Notes: generated from the sequence alone by a model not told the origin. Positions 7,183 to 17,362 are shown, counted from the first letter of the stretch. The stretch: 45,975 nt of DNA from Candidatus Methylomirabilales bacterium (GCA_046758505.1 JBHIAH010000014.1:1-45975), one strand, 5' to 3'. Translations and numbers: made by a program.

Positions 7183-10050
7183 CTATGAACCCGCTTCAAG
7201 GACGGCGACACAACGGTCACAGAGCGTGGGATGTTCCGGGGAGTGGCCCACACTTTCCCGGTATACCCAGCACCGTTCACACTTCTGCCCCGGTGCCCGG
7301 TGAACCACGACAGAAAGGTCGGGGCCCTCCTCGCGCGCCGGTGTGAGCTCGACCCCGGATACGATGCAAATCGTCGACAGATCCTGCGCGGTGCTTTGGA
7401 GGAAAGGCATCAGCGCCGAACCGGCCAGCACCTGCACCGTGGCTTCCAAGGAATTCCCGATCACTTTGCTCTTTCTCGCTTCCTCCAGGACGCGGAGTAC
7501 CTCGTCCCGCACCCGCAGCAGCCGCTCCCACCGCTCGGCCAGCGCCTCGTCCAGGTAGCCCTCGTCCACCCGGGGAAACTCGGCGAGATGCACACTCTCC
7601 TCCTCATCCCCGCGCCGCGGGATGTAGCCCCAGATCTCCTCAGCGGTGAAGGAGAGGACAGGGGCCATAAGCCGGGTAAGCGTTTGCAGGATGAGAAACA
7701 TGGCGGTTTGGGCTGCCCTTCGCTCGGGGGATGCGGCCCCCGCGGTGTAGACCCGGTCCTTCAGGACGTCGAGGTAAAAGGCCGAGAGATCCACGGTACA
7801 GAAGTTGTGCAGCGCGTGAAACAGGACGTGAAATTCGTACCGCTCGTACGCCCGAAGCAACCGCTCCGTCAGCTTTTGGAGCCGGTGCAGAATAAATCGA
7901 TCGATCTCCAGGAGCGCCTCCCGCGGGACGAGATGTTTCCGCGGATCAAAGTCGTAGAGGTTACCGAGGAGATACCGGCACGTGTTCCGGATCCGGCGAT
8001 AGCCCTCGACGAGCCGGGTCAGAATCTCGGGGGAGAGGCGGACATCATCCCGGTAATCTTCCGCCGCCACCCACAAGCGCAGGATCTCGGCCCCGTAGGT
8101 GGACATGACCTCCTGTGGGGCAATGACGTTCCCCAACGACTTGGACATCTTGCGGCCTTCCCCATCCACGACGAAGCCGTGGGTCAGGACTTCCTTGTAC
8201 GGAGCCCGCCCCTTTGTCCCGACCGCGGTCAGGAGGGAGCTGTGGAACCACCCCCGATGCTGATCGCTTCCCTCGAGGTACATCTCCGCCGGCCAGTGCT
8301 GGTCCGGTCGCGTTTCGAGCACGGCCGCCTGACTCGCTCCCGAGTCGAACCAGACATCAAGGATGTCGTCCTCCTTGGTAAATTGCGTCCCCCCGCAGTG
8401 GGGGCACCGGGTGCCGGCGGGGAGGAGGTCTTCGGCGCTCTTCAGGAACCAGACGTCGGCCCCCTCGCGTTCCATGTAATCCGCCATCCGTTCCATGAGG
8501 CTTTGCTCGGCGAGGAGGCCGTGACACGCCCGGCAGTAAAAGGCGGCAATGGGCACCCCCCAGGCGCGCTGCCGCGAAATACACCAATCGGGCCGGGTCA
8601 GGATCATGTTCGAGATCCGCTCTTCTCCCCACGGGGGAATCCACTTCACCTTCCGGATCTCCTCCAACCCTCGCTGGCGCAGATTGTTCCGCTCCATGGA
8701 GATAAACCACTGCTCGGTGGCGCGAAAGATGGTCGGATTCTTACACCGCCAACAGTGGGGGTAGGAGTGATCGACGACGCCTTCCACCAAGAGATTTCCG
8801 CGGCGGCGGAGCTCTTCAACAATTCGGGCGTTGGCCTCCCAGACATTCATCCCGGCGAAGATCGGGACGTCCGGCAGGAACCGCCCTTCGTCGTCGACCG
8901 GGTTGTAGACCGGGAGACCATACTTGACCCCGGTATCGTAGTCTTCCGCCCCGTGCCCCGGCGCGGTATGCACCACGCCCGTGCCCTGATTGATCGTGAC
9001 GTACTCGCCGAGCACGGCCATCGAGTCCTTTTCCAGGAAGGGGTGGTGAAAAAAGATGTCACCCCGCGGACCTGGACCAGGTGGTTGTGCCAGTCGCCCT
9101 CCGGGAAACCGGGCAAGAACTGTGAATTGCTTCATCCCAATCGCCTCGGCAAAGTTGTTCAAGAGCGCATCCGCCACGATATAAACCTGCAGTCGCTTCC
9201 CATGCTGAAATACGGCGGCAGCATACTGCTCATGCGGATGGAAGCACAACGCAAGATTGGCGGGGAGGGTCCATGGAGTGGTTGTCCAGATCACGGCGGA
9301 AACGTCGCTGCCGGTGAGATGTTGAAACGGGGCCGCCGACGGGGGAAAGTCCTCGCCGAAAAGATTGAGGATGAGCTGCGGAAGGGAAAGGCTTTCGCCG
9401 GTCTTCAGCGGAAACTTGACGTAAATCGAGGGGGAGCGGTGATCGTCGTACTCCACCTCTGCCTCGGCCAGGGCGGTCTGGCAGGTGGTGCACCAGTTGA
9501 CCGGCTTCAGTCCCCGGTACACACTGCCGGCCCCCACGAATTTGGCCAGTTGCCGCAGGATCACCGCCTCGTACCGATAGTCCATGGTCGTGTAGGGGTG
9601 CTCCCAATCCCCCAAGACCCCGAGCCGCCTGAACTCTTCCCGCTGCACGTCAATGAAGCGGGCCGCATACTGCCGACAGAGTCGCCGCTTTTCCACGACT
9701 CCGACCGTCTTTTTCCCGTCCCCGAGCTCCTTGTCTACCTGGTGCTCGATCGGGAGTCCATGACAGTCCCAGCCGGGGACAAAGACGGCGTTATAGCCCA
9801 TCATCGACCGGGACTTGACGACAACGTCTTTCAAAACCTTGTTCAAGGCGTGACCCATGTGGATGTGGCCGTTGGCGTACGGAGGGCCATCGTGAAGAAT
9901 CCACTTCTCCCGATTGTCCCGAAGCGCCCGGAGCTTTTGATACACTGCGCGCTCGTCCCACGCGCGTAGCATCTCCGGCTCCCGCTCGGTCAGACTCGCC
10001 TTCATCGGAAAGGTCGTTTTGGGAAGGTTGAGCGTCGCCTTGTAGTCCAC
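7183..10050 (-). CDS. ileS: Isoleucine--tRNA ligase (type 1)
   Basis: DYKATLNLPKT, HDGPPYANG.IHMGH, PGWDCHGLP, KMSKS, C-terminal CERCW..CDRC zinc finger; GTG start. Confidence 0.98.
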   Translation of the reverse strand: MDYKATLNLPKTTFPMKASLTEREPEMLRAWDERAVYQKLRALRDNREKWILHDGPPYANGHIHMGHALNKVLKDVVVKSRSMMGYNAVFVPGWDCHGLPIEHQVDKELGDGKKTVGVVEKRRLCRQYAARFIDVQREEFRRLGVLGDWEHPYTTMDYRYEAVILRQLAKFVGAGSVYRGLKPVNWCTTCQTALAEAEVEYDDHRSPSIYVKFPLKTGESLSLPQLILNLFGEDFPPSAAPFQHLTGSDVSAVIWTTTPWTLPANLALCFHPHEQYAAAVFQHGKRLQVYIVADALLNNFAEAIGMKQFTVLARFPGGRLAQPPGPGPRGDIFFHHPFLEKDSMAVLGEYVTINQGTGVVHTAPGHGAEDYDTGVKYGLPVYNPVDDEGRFLPDVPIFAGMNVWEANARIVEELRRRGNLLVEGVVDHSYPHCWRCKNPTIFRATEQWFISMERNNLRQRGLEEIRKVKWIPPWGEERISNMILTRPDWCISRQRAWGVPIAAFYCRACHGLLAEQSLMERMADYMEREGADVWFLKSAEDLLPAGTRCPHCGGTQFTKEDDILDVWFDSGASQAAVLETRPDQHWPAEMYLEGSDQHRGWFHSSLLTAVGTKGRAPYKEVLTHGFVVDGEGRKMSKSLGNVIAPQEVMSTYGAEILRLWVAAEDYRDDVRLSPEILTRLVEGYRRIRNTCRYLLGNLYDFDPRKHLVPREALLEIDRFILHRLQKLTERLLRAYERYEFHVLFHALHNFCTVDLSAFYLDVLKDRVYTAGAASPERRAAQTAMFLILQTLTRLMAPVLSFTAEEIWGYIPRRGDEEESVHLAEFPRVDEGYLDEALAERWERLLRVRDEVLRVLEEARKSKVIGNSLEATVQVLAGSALMPFLQSTAQDLSTICIVSGVELTPAREEGPDLSVVVHRAPGQKCERCWVYRESVGHSPEHPTLCDRCVAVLEAGS

Positions 10051-10063
10051 ACCGCCTCCGAGA

Positions 10064-10150
10064 CAAAAGCCCCCATCGAATCTGATGAGGGCTTTGTGAC
10101 GACAGTCACAAAGAGAGTGTATTACAACAAGCTCGAACGGAATTTGTCAA
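10064..10150 (-). promoter_or_regulatory. Putative ileS promoter and leader with two overlapping hairpins
   Basis: TTGACA-N18-TGTAAT, then CTTTGTGAC/GTCACAAAG and AAAGCCCTCATC/GATGGGGGCTTT stems before the GGAGG RBS. Confidence 0.5.
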
Positions 10151-10163
10151 GTCCAAGGGCCAA

Positions 10164-10490
10164 TCACTGCTGGGTGCCGTGCTTCCAGCGGTAGATGCGC
10201 CAGTAGATCGTCTCCACCTCCGTCGGGGTCAGGCCATACTCCGTCCCGACGTTCTGCATCACCTCCGCCTGGGCAGCCTGCAGGGCCCGCGGCTCGTCGA
10301 TACGGGGAAGTTGCGAGAGGCCGAGGGTCACCCGGTCAAAGATCAGCAGCTCTTCGTCGAGGGGCGCAGCCCCTGCCGCCTCGTCCGGGGGGACCCGACG
10401 GAGATCCTGGTATCCTATCCAGAGGCCATAGATGAGGCAGGCGACGGACAAGGAAAAGAGGAGGAGGAGCAGGAGATTCATCGTGTCCAC
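10164..10490 (-). CDS. Hypothetical protein with N-terminal TM helix
   Basis: Hydrophobic N-terminus; co-oriented with neighbours. Confidence 0.6.
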   Translation of the reverse strand: MDTMNLLLLLLFSLSVACLIYGLWIGYQDLRRVPPDEAAGAAPLDEELLIFDRVTLGLSQLPRIDEPRALQAAQAEVMQNVGTEYGLTPTEVETIYWRIYRWKHGTQQ

Positions 10491-10569
10491 GCGTCATCTC
10501 CTCTTCTGCCCCCCGGCACTGGAGACGACTGGCCTGTCGACCGTGGCATCGCGCCTTTCCGCCCCCGGC

Positions 10570-10902
10570 TCATCGGCGCGAGACGTTCGGTGGCCCCGAT
10601 ACCGACTGGTCCCACCACCACTGGAACGTGAGTCCTTGGATGAGCGAGAGCACCAGCAGCGTCTCATCGGACGCGAGGTAGAGTGACACAAAGCCCCGTG
10701 TGAGGACGCGTGCGGTCAGGATCACGAACACGCCGGCAGCGAGGTTGACCCCGAAGAAGGCAAGCGCCATCCCGAGACCCTCGAGGACCTTCCCAACTGC
10801 CCTGCGGATCTCCCCCCCAGACAGCCTGAGACCCCGCACACCAATCACGTAGGCGCCGACCGACGTGACACCGACCAGGACCAGCACAAAAACTCCTTCC
10901 AT
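10570..10902 (-). CDS. Hypothetical membrane protein (about 3 TM)
   Basis: GGAGG RBS; hydrophobic segments. Confidence 0.65.
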   Translation of the reverse strand: MEGVFVLVLVGVTSVGAYVIGVRGLRLSGGEIRRAVGKVLEGLGMALAFFGVNLAAGVFVILTARVLTRGFVSLYLASDETLLVLSLIQGLTFQWWWDQSVSGPPNVSRR

Positions 10903-10914
10903 GCCTCCCCCCTC

Positions 10915-11535
10915 TCACAGGTACCCGGCGATCCGGTAATAGAGCCACGCCAAGCACTCCTCGAGCACCCCACGCATCAGACGGAACCGCCCCTCGGGGG
11001 TGGAGGCGCGACTCGAGAGCTCATCGGTCGGTGCGGCGCGGACCTCAAAACCGGCGCGCTCGAACACGCTTCGGGCCCGCGCCATGTGATGCGCGTCCGC
11101 CACCAGGAGAATTGTCCGCACGCCCCTCCCCTGGAGGAGCGCGCGTGTACGCGCGGCCTCCTCCCGCGTGGTCCGTACGCTGGACTCCGTGAGGATCACC
11201 CCCGGCGCGATCCCCAGCTTCCGGGCGAGTTCCGCACGGATCTCCGCCTCCGCCTGGCCTTCATCACGGGCCGGACCGAGAAAGACCAGGAGCGGGGCGA
11301 GCCCCGCGCGGTGAAGGACGATCCCATGGAGGGTCCGCCGCAGGGAGCTATTGCTCAGCGTCCCATCGCGCCGGACCCCTCCTCCGAGCACCACAATCGC
11401 CTCGGCGGGCCCCAGGTCTGACGGCGCACGAAACCAGCGGGACAGGAGATTCGGCACCGGGGTGAAAGCGGAGATAAAAAAGAAGGCGACGCCCACGAAA
11501 CCGAGCAAGCGACAAACGCGCGCCCACCCCATCAT
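10915..11535 (-). CDS. YdcF/ElyC (DUF218) family protein
   Basis: AIVVLGGG, ESSVRTTREEA, LLVADAHHMARA, EECLAWLYY; start reassigned to ATG 11535 (GGAGG RBS). Confidence 0.85.
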   Translation of the reverse strand: MMGWARVCRLLGFVGVAFFFISAFTPVPNLLSRWFRAPSDLGPAEAIVVLGGGVRRDGTLSNSSLRRTLHGIVLHRAGLAPLLVFLGPARDEGQAEAEIRAELARKLGIAPGVILTESSVRTTREEAARTRALLQGRGVRTILLVADAHHMARARSVFERAGFEVRAAPTDELSSRASTPEGRFRLMRGVLEECLAWLYYRIAGYL

Positions 11536-11856
11536 TCCCTCCATTTCCCTCTGCCCGACGATCCCGGAAGGGCGAGGGAGCTGGGCCTGGACCCGGCGGA
11601 ACCCTGGTTTGCGTCCGGCCAGGGGGCACCTCCCACCGGAACGCAGTGCAGGTGGGGGATGGCCGTCCTGATGCACGAGCGAACTGTTCGGCGCGGAAGT
11701 ACCATGGTTCGCCAGACCGACCCGTGGAATTGTTCCGCCGGGGAAGACCCGATCCCCGAGCCCTTCCGGGCTTCCAAAGAGAGGCCCGGAGCAAGGGACC
11801 TGCACGTGCTGCCTGCTACCCCCGAGTCTTTCCGGACTTCCCCCCGCAATAGCAGA

Positions 11857-12525
11857 TTACTGCGTCAGCCAGTCGGCCAGTTCCGTCAGCGTCCGGAACT
11901 CGCGGTCGGCACGACCGCTATCCGGCGTCACGCTCCCCTTGCGGTTGATCCAGGCAACAGCGACGCCAAGCGTCCGTGCCGGCACCACATCGTGGAAATA
12001 GCTCTGAGCGGCATGCATCCAGCGACGCCCACCAATGCGGTCCCGTGCGATGTGAAAGTGGCCGGGAGCCGGCTTGTACGAGCCGACCTGTTGCGCGGTC
12101 ACCAACGGATCGAACGAAACGCTGAAGTGACAGCACGTGCAGGCAAGCAGGTCATCATCGACGTTCGACAGGATGCCGAGCCGGTAGCCGGCAGCGGTCA
12201 ACCGCTCCAGCGCCGGGTTCGTGTCGGCAAAGGGTTGCCAGTGTGGCAGGCTGTCTGCGAGAAAGTGCGCCCGTTCCCTGGCCAACGGCCAGCCCAACCG
12301 GACCGCCACGCGGCGCGCCGTCTCGGTGAGGACCGCACGGTAGCTGCGGTAGGTTTCAGCCTCGACGACCGGCTCGACCTCGGCGTAGGTACCGAGCACA
12401 GCGGTGCGATCCAGCGCCACCCCATCCCGGGCGGCCGCCGCGGCGAAGGCCGCCCCAATGCCGTCCCCCCAGTCGATCAGGGTCCCGTAACAGTCGAAAG
12501 TGATGATGTCATAGGGTCGGTCCAT
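11857..12525 (-). CDS. HAD-superfamily hydrolase (haloacid dehalogenase type II-like)
   Basis: TFDCYGTLIDW, LSNVD, SYKP, HAAQSYFHDV. Confidence 0.9.
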   Translation of the reverse strand: MDRPYDIITFDCYGTLIDWGDGIGAAFAAAAARDGVALDRTAVLGTYAEVEPVVEAETYRSYRAVLTETARRVAVRLGWPLARERAHFLADSLPHWQPFADTNPALERLTAAGYRLGILSNVDDDLLACTCCHFSVSFDPLVTAQQVGSYKPAPGHFHIARDRIGGRRWMHAAQSYFHDVVPARTLGVAVAWINRKGSVTPDSGRADREFRTLTELADWLTQ

Positions 12526-12564
12526 CGCCCCTCCGTCACAGGGTCCCCGGGGCCGGGGGATGCT

Positions 12565-12879
12565 TCACGACCCGCGTCCTCCATTGCCCGCGCCTCGCTC
12601 CCTCTCGACCTTCATCAGTGTCATGGTGGCACTCTTGATCCCCTCGTAGAACCGCCCCATCATCGCGTCGACCTCCTCGGGGGAAGGCTTCCGACTGGGC
12701 TCTTGACTCTTGAAGGTCGTGTTCGTCGCGACGATGGCCAGACAGTTCGTCAAGCCGTCAAGCAGCCCCTCGGCGAATACCTGGGGGTTCGTTCCCGCAC
12801 GTTGGGCATCGGTATCAAGACGGCCCATGGCATCGCCAACCCCTTTGATCACGGCCTCGACGATTTGCACCTTATTCAT
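12565..12879 (-). CDS. Hypothetical protein (104 aa)
   Basis: MNKVQIVEAVIKG... preceded by a GGAGG/GGGGG RBS-like stretch. Confidence 0.65.
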   Translation of the reverse strand: MNKVQIVEAVIKGVGDAMGRLDTDAQRAGTNPQVFAEGLLDGLTNCLAIVATNTTFKSQEPSRKPSPEEVDAMMGRFYEGIKSATMTLMKVERERGAGNGGRGS

Positions 12880-13019
12880 GATCACCCCCTCCACCCCCGG
12901 TCCACTCGAACCCGTCATGTCCGCCCCACACACGCCTCGCGGTTGCACGGACCGTTTCCAGCCGGACCCCGACCCACGTCACCTGCTCTCGCCTCTTGCC
13001 CATCTCGGTTTCAGGTAAT

Positions 13020-13210
13020 CTGGCATCACGCCGCCATCCTTCTGGGGTCCGTCTCACCAGGACCGGGTGGTGTCGACTGACCGCACGGGCCACTCCTCGT
13101 TCCGAGGGAGCGGCGGCTTCGCGGGGGACTCTCAATGGAATGATGCCGGACGCGGCGTTGGACCCCGATCTCCAGCAGCCCGTGCCGGATCCATAGGCGG
13201 GGAATTGATC
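13020..13210 (-). ncRNA. Candidate structured non-coding RNA or 5' leader
   Basis: Lies downstream of TTGACA-N17-TAGGGT (13245-13217); contains four long-range complementary segment pairs plus local hairpins. No known family recognised. Confidence 0.45.
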
Positions 13211-13333
13211 ACCGATACCCTAATCGCGCCTGGGCCCCTTGTCAATCTGTGTTTGAGGGCGGGTGCCTGGGCTGTGGCCTCCCGGCGTGACCGAGACCGA
13301 CAGTCCGGGCCGGAAAACCCGGCGCGCGTCCAC

Positions 13334-14278
13334 TCAACCGTCTTCGCGAATCTGCAACCGCAGGAGGTCGGGGCGGGAATAATGCCCCACGGTGTCGAGA
13401 TAGGCCTTGGCCAGGGCCCGGTCCTCGAGATCAATCTCGGTCCAGACGATCGTCTCCTTTCCGAAGACCGGCTCTCGGAGAAAGAGACCGGAGGGATTGA
13501 CGATACAACTGCCACCCACCGCCAAGTTGTACTGCATCTCCTCTCGCAGGTCGTCGGGAACCTCCTCGGGCGGTAAGTACCAACTGCTGCTCACCACCCA
13601 GACCCCATTCTCGACCGCATACTGGCGGACTGCCGGTTCGATGTCGCACTCCCGAGAGCCCGGAGCCGCCACCTTCCCGCCCAGATGTTTCTCCACCCGC
13701 CACCAGCCGGGCCAGACGGCACAGTGGATCTCTTCGCCACGGTGGGCCATGGCGGCCCGGAGCAGGGTCATGTGATGTTCATAGCAGATGAGGCCCCCGA
13801 CCTTGCCGATGTCCATGTCGAAGGCCCGGATATCCCCGGCATCCCCCATCCCCCAGTAGACCCGTTCGGAGTGGGTCGGCATCAGCTTGCGATGTCGGCC
13901 CAGAACCGTCCCCTGCCGGCCGAGAAAGAGAAGAGTATTGTACATGGTCAGACTGCCGGGCCGGTCATCCTGTTCATTACAACCAATGACGCAATTGACC
14001 TGTGCCTGCTTCGCAGCCCGGGCCAGCGCGGTGGTCTCTTCGCCGGGAATTCTGATGGCGGACTGCTGCATGCGCGCGCAAAGCTCGGTGGAGCGCCGAA
14101 CCGAAACCGCCCCCCTCCAATAGGGGTACGCCGCGATGAAGACCTCGGGAAAGACCACGAGGTCCAAGCCGAGGCGTCCCGCCTCCTCAATCCACCGAAT
14201 CGTCTTCTCGACCGTGCGCCGCTTATCCAGAAAGCTCGGCGCAACCTGCGCCGCCCCGATTCGGATTCTTCCCGCCAT
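13334..14278 (-). CDS. Nitrilase / carbon-nitrogen hydrolase
   Basis: FPE, RHRKLMPT, GGLICYEH catalytic triad; DTVGHYSRPD; start reassigned to ATG 14278. Confidence 0.92.
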   Translation of the reverse strand: MAGRIRIGAAQVAPSFLDKRRTVEKTIRWIEEAGRLGLDLVVFPEVFIAAYPYWRGAVSVRRSTELCARMQQSAIRIPGEETTALARAAKQAQVNCVIGCNEQDDRPGSLTMYNTLLFLGRQGTVLGRHRKLMPTHSERVYWGMGDAGDIRAFDMDIGKVGGLICYEHHMTLLRAAMAHRGEEIHCAVWPGWWRVEKHLGGKVAAPGSRECDIEPAVRQYAVENGVWVVSSSWYLPPEEVPDDLREEMQYNLAVGGSCIVNPSGLFLREPVFGKETIVWTEIDLEDRALAKAYLDTVGHYSRPDLLRLQIREDG

Positions 14279-14410
14279 CCCGCAATCTCCGCCGTGGCGC
14301 CGGCGCCCTAGTGCCGTTCCAACCTTTCTCACCCAATACGAGGTGTCCAATGCCAAGTCCGGGCCTGCTCGCTTCCTTGCCCGTGTTGGCGGCAATAAGT
14401 TGGAACGGCA

Positions 14411-15511
14411 CTAGTAGAGAAACCGGCGCATATGGACGTTAATGACCAGCCCAATGCCGAGGCATGTGACCAACAGGGACGAGCCCCCATAGCTCAGGAG
14501 GGGCAGGGGAACCCCCACCACCGGCATCACGCCGAGCACCATCCCCACATTGACGACGAGCTGAAGGGTGATCATGGCCATGATCCCGAAGGCCATCAGG
14601 GCACCAAAGAGATCCTTGGCCTCGCTGGCGATCTCGAGCCCGCGCGTGATGAGGAAGTAGTACAGGAGCAGAACGATGAGACACCCGATGAATCCCCACT
14701 GCTCCGCCAACACCGCGAAGATAAAGTCGGTGTGGCTGGCCGGGAGAAAATTGAGCTGGCTCTGGCTCGCCGCCATCAGCCCCTTGCCCCACAGCTCTCC
14801 CGACCCCACCGCGATTTTGGACTGCGTGATGTGATATCCCGCCCCCAAAGGATCCAGTTGTGGGTACAGAAAGACGAGGAGCCGCTGCCGCTGATACACC
14901 TTGAGGAAGGACCAGAGGACGGGGGCCAGGGCTGCGCCGGTGAGCGTGAGGAAGAGGAGGTGCTTGAACCGCAGCCCCACCAAGAGGAACACCGAGAGGG
15001 TCAACAGTCCCAGGAGTGTGGCCGTGCCCAGATCCGGCTGTCCCAGGATGAGGAGGATAGGGATCAAGGCACCCACTGCAGGGATGACGAAGAGGCGCAG
15101 TTCACCCAGGCGATCCTTGTGATCCTCGAAGTACCGCGCCAGGACGACGATGAAGGCGAGCTTCATGAACTCGGAGGGCTGGAGCGTCCACACCCCAACC
15201 TGGATCCAGCGCTGGGCCCCGGAGCCCACCTGGCCCCCGACCTCGACCACGAGCAGGAGGATGAGCAAGACCCCGAAGATCGGATAGGCAAAGCGGGCCA
15301 GCGTCCGATAGTTCACAAAGACAGCCGCCAGAAGCCCCACGAGCCCCAGGATGAACCAGACGGCCTGACGGAGATACAGGCTCTGCCCTCCGGGCGAGGG
15401 GGAGCCCAGCGCGCTGCTCCAGATGGTCAGAATGCCCACGGCGACGAGCGTCAGCGTGATGCCCGCCATTCGCCAGTCAAAGGTCGTGAACATCCGTCGA
15501 TCGAGATACAT
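14411..15511 (-). CDS. rodA: Rod shape-determining protein RodA
   Basis: GAQRWI, QPSEFMK, QPDLGT, HTDFIF, LLSYGGSS; follows mrdA. Confidence 0.96.
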   Translation of the reverse strand: MYLDRRMFTTFDWRMAGITLTLVAVGILTIWSSALGSPSPGGQSLYLRQAVWFILGLVGLLAAVFVNYRTLARFAYPIFGVLLILLLVVEVGGQVGSGAQRWIQVGVWTLQPSEFMKLAFIVVLARYFEDHKDRLGELRLFVIPAVGALIPILLILGQPDLGTATLLGLLTLSVFLLVGLRFKHLLFLTLTGAALAPVLWSFLKVYQRQRLLVFLYPQLDPLGAGYHITQSKIAVGSGELWGKGLMAASQSQLNFLPASHTDFIFAVLAEQWGFIGCLIVLLLYYFLITRGLEIASEAKDLFGALMAFGIMAMITLQLVVNVGMVLGVMPVVGVPLPLLSYGGSSLLVTCLGIGLVINVHMRRFLY

Positions 15512-15526
15512 CGGCCTGCTCCAGGA

Positions 15527-17362
15527 CTACTCCTGCACCCGGGGTCCCGGCCCTCGGGCGACCGTCGTCGCCTCCCTCAAGGGCGACAGGGCCGCCTCCA
15601 GGACCGCCCGCGCCACCGGTGCGGCCGCCTTGCTGCCAAAGCCCGCATTCTCGGCAATCACCACCACCGCAATTTCCGGATCCGCATAGGGGGCAAACGC
15701 CACGAACCAGGCATGGTCTTTGGTCTCCTCCGAGGTCCCGGCCTTTTTCTTGACCACCTGTGCCGTTCCGGTCTTCCCCGCCACCCGGATCCCGGGAATG
15801 CGAGCCGATCTGCCGGTCCCCTCCTCCACGACGCGGAGCATCCCCTGGCGGAGCAGCTCAAGAACCCGAGGACTCAGATTCACCCTTCGGACCACCTCCG
15901 GCCCGTACGATGCCACCACTTCCCCCCCCCACGACTCCACCCGCTTTACCATCCACGGTCGGTAGAGAGTGCCCCCGTTGGCAATGGCCGCCACCATGTT
16001 CAGCACCTGGAGCGGCGTGACCAGGATCATCCCCTGGCCGATGCCGGTGATGACGGTGTCCCCCGGATACCACGGATCCCCCAAGGCGCTGCGTTTCCAG
16101 GCCGGCGTGGGAACCAGTCCCGTCGCCTCATCTCCCACGTCGATTCCCGTCTTCCGGCCGAGTCCGAACTCTCGGGCGACCCTGGCGATCGTGGTGATCC
16201 CCTCCTTCAGCGCAGCCTGATAAAAATAGACGTTACACGAGTTCGCAATCGCCTCCATCAGGTTTTGTTGGCCGTGCCCCCCCTCCTTCCAGTCGTCGTA
16301 GGTAAACCGGCCCAACTTGAAATACCCGGGACAATAGAAGGTTGTTTCGGGCGTAATCACCCCCGCATCCAGTCCCGCCGCCATCACCACCAGCTTAAAA
16401 ATCGACCCGGGGGCGTACTGCGCCTGCAGCGGGCGATTCTGGAAGGGGTGTGTCGGACTGCTGGCCAGCGCCTCCCACGACTCGCGGCTCAGCCGCCGGG
16501 CGAAGCGGTTCGGATTGTAGGACGGCCGACTGACCCACACCAGGATCTCGCCGGTCTGAGGATTCATGGCCACCACGGCTCCCCGGCGACCAGCAAAGGC
16601 CTTCTCCGCGACCATCTGCAGCTTCTTGTCGAGGGTGAGAACGAGATTGAACCCGGATTGGGGGTCGAGGCGGTCGAGGAGGCGAATCAACCGGCCCTGG
16701 GCGTCCACCTCGATCTCTTCCCGACCATCGATCCCCCGGACAAAGGCATCGAAGAGTCGCTCCACCCCGGCCTGCCCGACGGTCTCGCCGGGATGAAAGT
16801 CCCGATACTTCTCCTGCAGGAGTTGCTTCTGGCTCACCTCGCTCACATATCCGAGGAGGTGCGCAGCCATCTCATTGTCGAGGTAGGACCGGATCGGGTG
16901 GACGCTGAGGCTCACCCCCGGCAGGTCCATCTTCCGCTCCTCGATGGCCACCATGGTCCGCTCATCCACCTCCTGGGCTAACAGAACGGGTTGGTAGGGA
17001 CGGACCTCGCCCCCGCGAATCTTCGCCGCGACCTCCCCCGGACCGAGCTTCAGGACGGCCCCAATGGCCCGGGCGGCCTCATCAAGATCGGGGACATCCG
17101 CGGGGGTCACATACACATTAAACGAAGAGCGATTCTCCACCATGACCGCCCCGGACCGATCTAGGATGAACCCCCTGGGGGCCTCCACCGAGCGCAGGCG
17201 GAGGCGGTTGTTGGCGGAGAGGGTGGCGTAGTACCGACCTTCCAACACCTGGAGGGACCAGAATCTCAGCAGAAGCAGGAAAAAGGCCGCGGTGACCACG
17301 AGGACGCTCCGACGAATCTTTCGCTGAATCACCGGGGTGGGGGAGCGCCAGAGCTGACTCAC
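15527..17362 (-). CDS. mrdA: Penicillin-binding protein 2
   Basis: APRGFILDR, PGSIFK (SxxK), SCN, GKTGTAQ. Confidence 0.96.
   Translation of the reverse strand: MSQLWRSPTPVIQRKIRRSVLVVTAAFFLLLLRFWSLQVLEGRYYATLSANNRLRLRSVEAPRGFILDRSGAVMVENRSSFNVYVTPADVPDLDEAARAIGAVLKLGPGEVAAKIRGGEVRPYQPVLLAQEVDERTMVAIEERKMDLPGVSLSVHPIRSYLDNEMAAHLLGYVSEVSQKQLLQEKYRDFHPGETVGQAGVERLFDAFVRGIDGREEIEVDAQGRLIRLLDRLDPQSGFNLVLTLDKKLQMVAEKAFAGRRGAVVAMNPQTGEILVWVSRPSYNPNRFARRLSRESWEALASSPTHPFQNRPLQAQYAPGSIFKLVVMAAGLDAGVITPETTFYCPGYFKLGRFTYDDWKEGGHGQQNLMEAIANSCNVYFYQAALKEGITTIARVAREFGLGRKTGIDVGDEATGLVPTPAWKRSALGDPWYPGDTVITGIGQGMILVTPLQVLNMVAAIANGGTLYRPWMVKRVESWGGEVVASYGPEVVRRVNLSPRVLELLRQGMLRVVEEGTGRSARIPGIRVAGKTGTAQVVKKKAGTSEETKDHAWFVAFAPYADPEIAVVVIAENAGFGSKAAAPVARAVLEAALSPLREATTVARGPGPRVQE

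Noticed and set aside
7231..9969. 912-aa + strand ORF; likewise 5600-7096, 11659-13080, 14432-16981, 29524-31281, 32071-33291 and 42117-43286
   Set aside because: Antisense shadows of well-supported genes in GC-rich DNA, with no recognisable motifs.
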